DNA of 47,884 nucleotides from Candidatus Omnitrophota bacterium (GTDB taxonomy: Bacteria > Omnitrophota > Gorgyraeia > B26-G9): positions 1-47,884 of the forward strand of contig JAHIOQ010000125.1 in NCBI GenBank assembly GCA_018895275.1, written 5' to 3'. A program made the position numbers and the translations under genes. The notes below the pieces were generated by a model that saw nothing but the letters and a program-made list of their open reading frames with translations, ran no database searches and was not told where the DNA came from. Below are positions 46,401 through 47,884 of this stretch, one piece after another. Position 1 is the first letter of the stretch; the number at the start of each line of letters is the position of its first letter.

Positions 46401-46583
46401 GCAACGGAAAGAGGATTCCGCGGCCCATATATTCTCTCTAAGGCCGGAGATAATGTTACCAAAGAAAAGGAATTAATATCCGCTTTATTGAAAGATGGAG
46501 CGCGAGGGGTATTGTCATCCGGAAAAATTAAAGCTAGAACTCAAAGCTTGGTAAAAAGAGAAGCAGTGGAACAGGCTATTTAG
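43410..46583 (+). CDS. Putatively exported alpha-glucan phosphorylase-like (GT35) domain fused to a xylose-isomerase/AP-endonuclease-2-like TIM barrel
   Basis: Signal peptide (..VFA|D); GGLG, HLNEG, HTPVEAG, ITNGV, RRFTLYK, FAGVAHPND and EACGTSGM; C-terminal IEL/VHLP/LGLEN/VFDLA. Confidence 0.8.
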   Translation: MAMGRFMKTHKLLMKPTCLLLLNTFLFSSPLCVFADAHIVHARYGETGMLSPQLSISMPVTLKAFTAAPTPKELRISAQNNLSQTIQKKLANADAALFSLENAFFVKDEETGELKAELTGQRTGGLGRYMGDLLARMTDNGRNVAGVGLLYNYIMVQSVNEWGEQIVRKVRIDREDLQKRGVLIPVVDKAGMQKTVKVEVSKGEIVEVKLWWAKRTTQRGEVYTLLLDNHDITSVLYIGETNSEERLRQSILLGKAGVKALEELGIRPKYFHLNEGSAALAAIYAKKNGVFRDVKITGVMHTPVEAGLPKYSEGLWNRYFYDLGPEWRTIMLEKTGTFIDMTRILFQMSRKVAAVGKEFNDVLKEMVGRMYPYSQWLLDKIEPITNGVDGWGYQPSSMDKKQLEKEKLDRKISLGEIIEARKKKIKDGQIKEILRKQLIWYAIGDLWPALVQSFRERLRHQGRSEGDISEDIVGVMQNVAEDIAAKLSIPDYEISEASLRDLLSQRGLSVPENVSLQDAVGKIRQVEPILMDLIRNRPWLCYGRRFTLYKMDFPLLDATGIERIVNNRDAGGLEYAVIFAGVAHPNDEVGKDWIRNAVELSKRHFGKFIFLPGYDLELDRLLLQNADLWLYSPERLKEACGTSGMGALFSGAIPVASPTGWSLEYVEEFNPLTGKGNGFFIEPYPDPQSDDWRAHVQGLKNVGWQGLYDKLKIASDLYYNTDRRPYFRLLENAYSSAEKTDMRIAATKYYELMEEGELTIGTHTARGTRIEDIVEITQKNHFSAIELSFYADEGLKSPGELDPKWVQDYLKPALLNKLVTVHLPVLDLRDEGSVQEMRKIIDFAADIHSYLVSIHLDELDDDFIAKVTELVIYAASKGIRLGLENSYHIKNGVEIVWHTPQHVNLVYKKIGGALAQAGIPELKENVGLVFDLAYAKIAMKRQNSPLAFYRQVDKDVPIFEVNVSGNKLPRIGALETHIPLHEDEIVLKDMPEIVQLLATERGFRGPYILSKAGDNVTKEKELISALLKDGARGVLSSGKIKARTQSLVKREAVEQAI

Positions 46584-46666
46584 CCTGCCGCAAGATGGTT
46601 GCAATGAGTTAAGCATAAGTTCATAGTCCATATGCCGCCGTTGCAACAATTTTTATAAAAATAAAC

Positions 46667-46722
46667 AATAATGATTATTATCTAAAAATAATTATTGAAA
46701 ATAACAGAAAAGGTGTTATAAT
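46667..46722 (+). promoter_or_regulatory. Fur/PerR-like operator plus promoter upstream of the fur-family gene
   Basis: Perfect 6-1-6 palindrome AATAAT-G-ATTATT (46667-46679); TTGAAA-N16-TATAAT with TG. Confidence 0.6.
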
Positions 46723-46732
46723 AAATTATGTT

Positions 46733-47134
46733 ATGGAAGAAGTTTTTAAAAAACTAAAGGAAAAGCATATACGCTTGACACCGCAGCGGCTCGCGGTGTA
46801 TGAGGCGCTTGCGAGAGAAAATAAGCATTTGACTGTAGAAGAAATCTATGGGAAAATAAAAAAGAGGTTTCCGGCGGTTTCTTTAGCGACGGTATATTCG
46901 ATATTGGAATTATACCGTAAAAAAGGCATCGCGGCCGAGATCCGCATTACCTTTAATCGGTCCTGTTTTGAAGCGAGAACGGATTCTCACCATCATTTTT
47001 TCTGCAGGGAATGCAAAAAAATCTATGACGTTGAGCTGCGTCCTTGCCCGGCCTTGCAGGCTGCGCAGGTGGACGGGCATTCGATAGAAGAGTTGCACGG
47101 CTATTTTTACGGGATATGCCGGGAATGCCGCTAG
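46733..47134 (+). CDS. Fur-family regulator (PerR-like)
   Basis: RLTPQR, H.TVEEIY, SLATVY, HHHF.CxxC and C-terminal CxxC. Confidence 0.95.
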   Translation: MEEVFKKLKEKHIRLTPQRLAVYEALARENKHLTVEEIYGKIKKRFPAVSLATVYSILELYRKKGIAAEIRITFNRSCFEARTDSHHHFFCRECKKIYDVELRPCPALQAAQVDGHSIEELHGYFYGICRECR

Positions 47135-47290
47135 CAAAAAACAATAGAGGGGAAATATAAATAATGCCGATAATCCAATCGCCGTCAGTAACGGAATTCC
47201 AGGGGGCATTGATTATTGAAATTTGTTTGTATCTTGTTTCTTGATGATTGGTTATTTTGACAATACGTTAATCTTAAAAAGGAGGTTAGT

Positions 47291-47614
47291 ATGGCAATAA
47301 TTATTAGCGCGACTAATTTTGAGAAGGAAGTGATGCAGTCGAAGATTCCGGTACTGGTTGATTTTTGGGCGGAATGGTGCGGCCCCTGCCGCATGCTTAC
47401 GCCGGTCATCGATGAGCTGGCCAGGGATTACGAAGGGAAAGTAAAGATATGCAAATTGAATGTTGATGAGCTCTCCGATGTTGCGTCGCGTTTCGGCGTG
47501 ATGAGTATCCCGACGGTAATAGTTTTTAAGGAAGGAAAGGCGGTTAATCAGGTTGTCGGCGCGGTTCCCAAGGAAAAGCTGGCAGGGATGATCGATGATT
47601 TGCTTACGGCATAA
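47291..47614 (+). CDS. trxA: Thioredoxin
   Basis: DFWAEWCGPC and SIPT; AAGGAGG RBS. Confidence 0.97.
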   Translation: MAIIISATNFEKEVMQSKIPVLVDFWAEWCGPCRMLTPVIDELARDYEGKVKICKLNVDELSDVASRFGVMSIPTVIVFKEGKAVNQVVGAVPKEKLAGMIDDLLTA

Positions 47615-47721
47615 ATACGATAGTATCGAAAATTTTGTGAAAAACAGATACGACTTGAGTGCTCTTTTAAAGCGGTGGTTTAATTATATAGTGGAGAAAA
47701 CCCTAACACTAAAAATTAATG

Positions 47722-47884
47722 AACTGCTCCGACTCGTAAGAAGCGGTAAAATTATCTTTGATAATTTTCCTCGCACTCGTCGGAGTTAATTCGCACGGTA
47801 ACTTATGTTCGCTATCGCTCCATAAGTTACGTGCTCATTACGTCCGGCTGCAGGAAGTCGGGAAAATCCCTTGTGGTATTTTCC
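47722..47884. repeat. Cluster of consecutive hairpins (structured repeat or RNA), possibly cut by the window edge
   Basis: CTCCGAC...AAAATTATC-TTT-GATAATTTT...GTCGGAG; GCACG(G)TAACTTATG-loop-CATAAGTTACGTGC; GGAAAAT...ATTTTCC. Confidence 0.65.

Noticed and set aside
337-47789. The many short antisense or overlapping ORFs in the track (e.g. 3345-3938 -, 24243-25049 -, 47595-47789 +)
   Set aside because: They shadow well-supported genes or structured repeats and show no recognisable motifs or RBS.

Overview
Bacterial chromosomal window, almost all on the + strand. Protein style (pilin C-termini, a signal-peptide-bearing fused enzyme ending in EQAI) suggests the PVC group, possibly Ca. Omnitrophota; this taxonomy is inference. 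Layout: (1) 1-8.2 kb, a type IV pilus/T2SS-like operon (three minor pilins, pilN-O-P-Q, a TPR protein, pilM) whose pilin gene boundaries are filled with short tandem-repeat arrays and two copies of an internally deleted four-helix-bundle (IVS/Avd-like) cassette that supplies the pilin start codons; (2) a DD-carboxypeptidase, a ferredoxin and two mosaic SGNH-TPR paralogs; (3) a long mixed operon: rhomboid remnant, ccdA, frameshifted cheC, DUF151, CCA/HD, PflX, purH, folC, mnmE, aroK, dprA, comFB, cheR; (4) a cytochrome c maturation and siroheme-dependent heme cluster interrupted by a REC-GAF-HD-GYP gene; (5) trkA, a HAMP/PAS protein, TPR-SpoIID, feoAB, a spermidine-synthase-like fusion, rpmB, an apparently exported and catalytically eroded phosphorylase/TIM-barrel fusion, fur/perR and trxA. 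The strongest candidate for an undescribed system is the heptamer-array/four-helix-bundle cassette fused to the pilin 5' ends. No rRNA, tRNA, CRISPR array, transposase or reverse transcriptase was seen. All family calls come from motif recognition by eye, not database searches.
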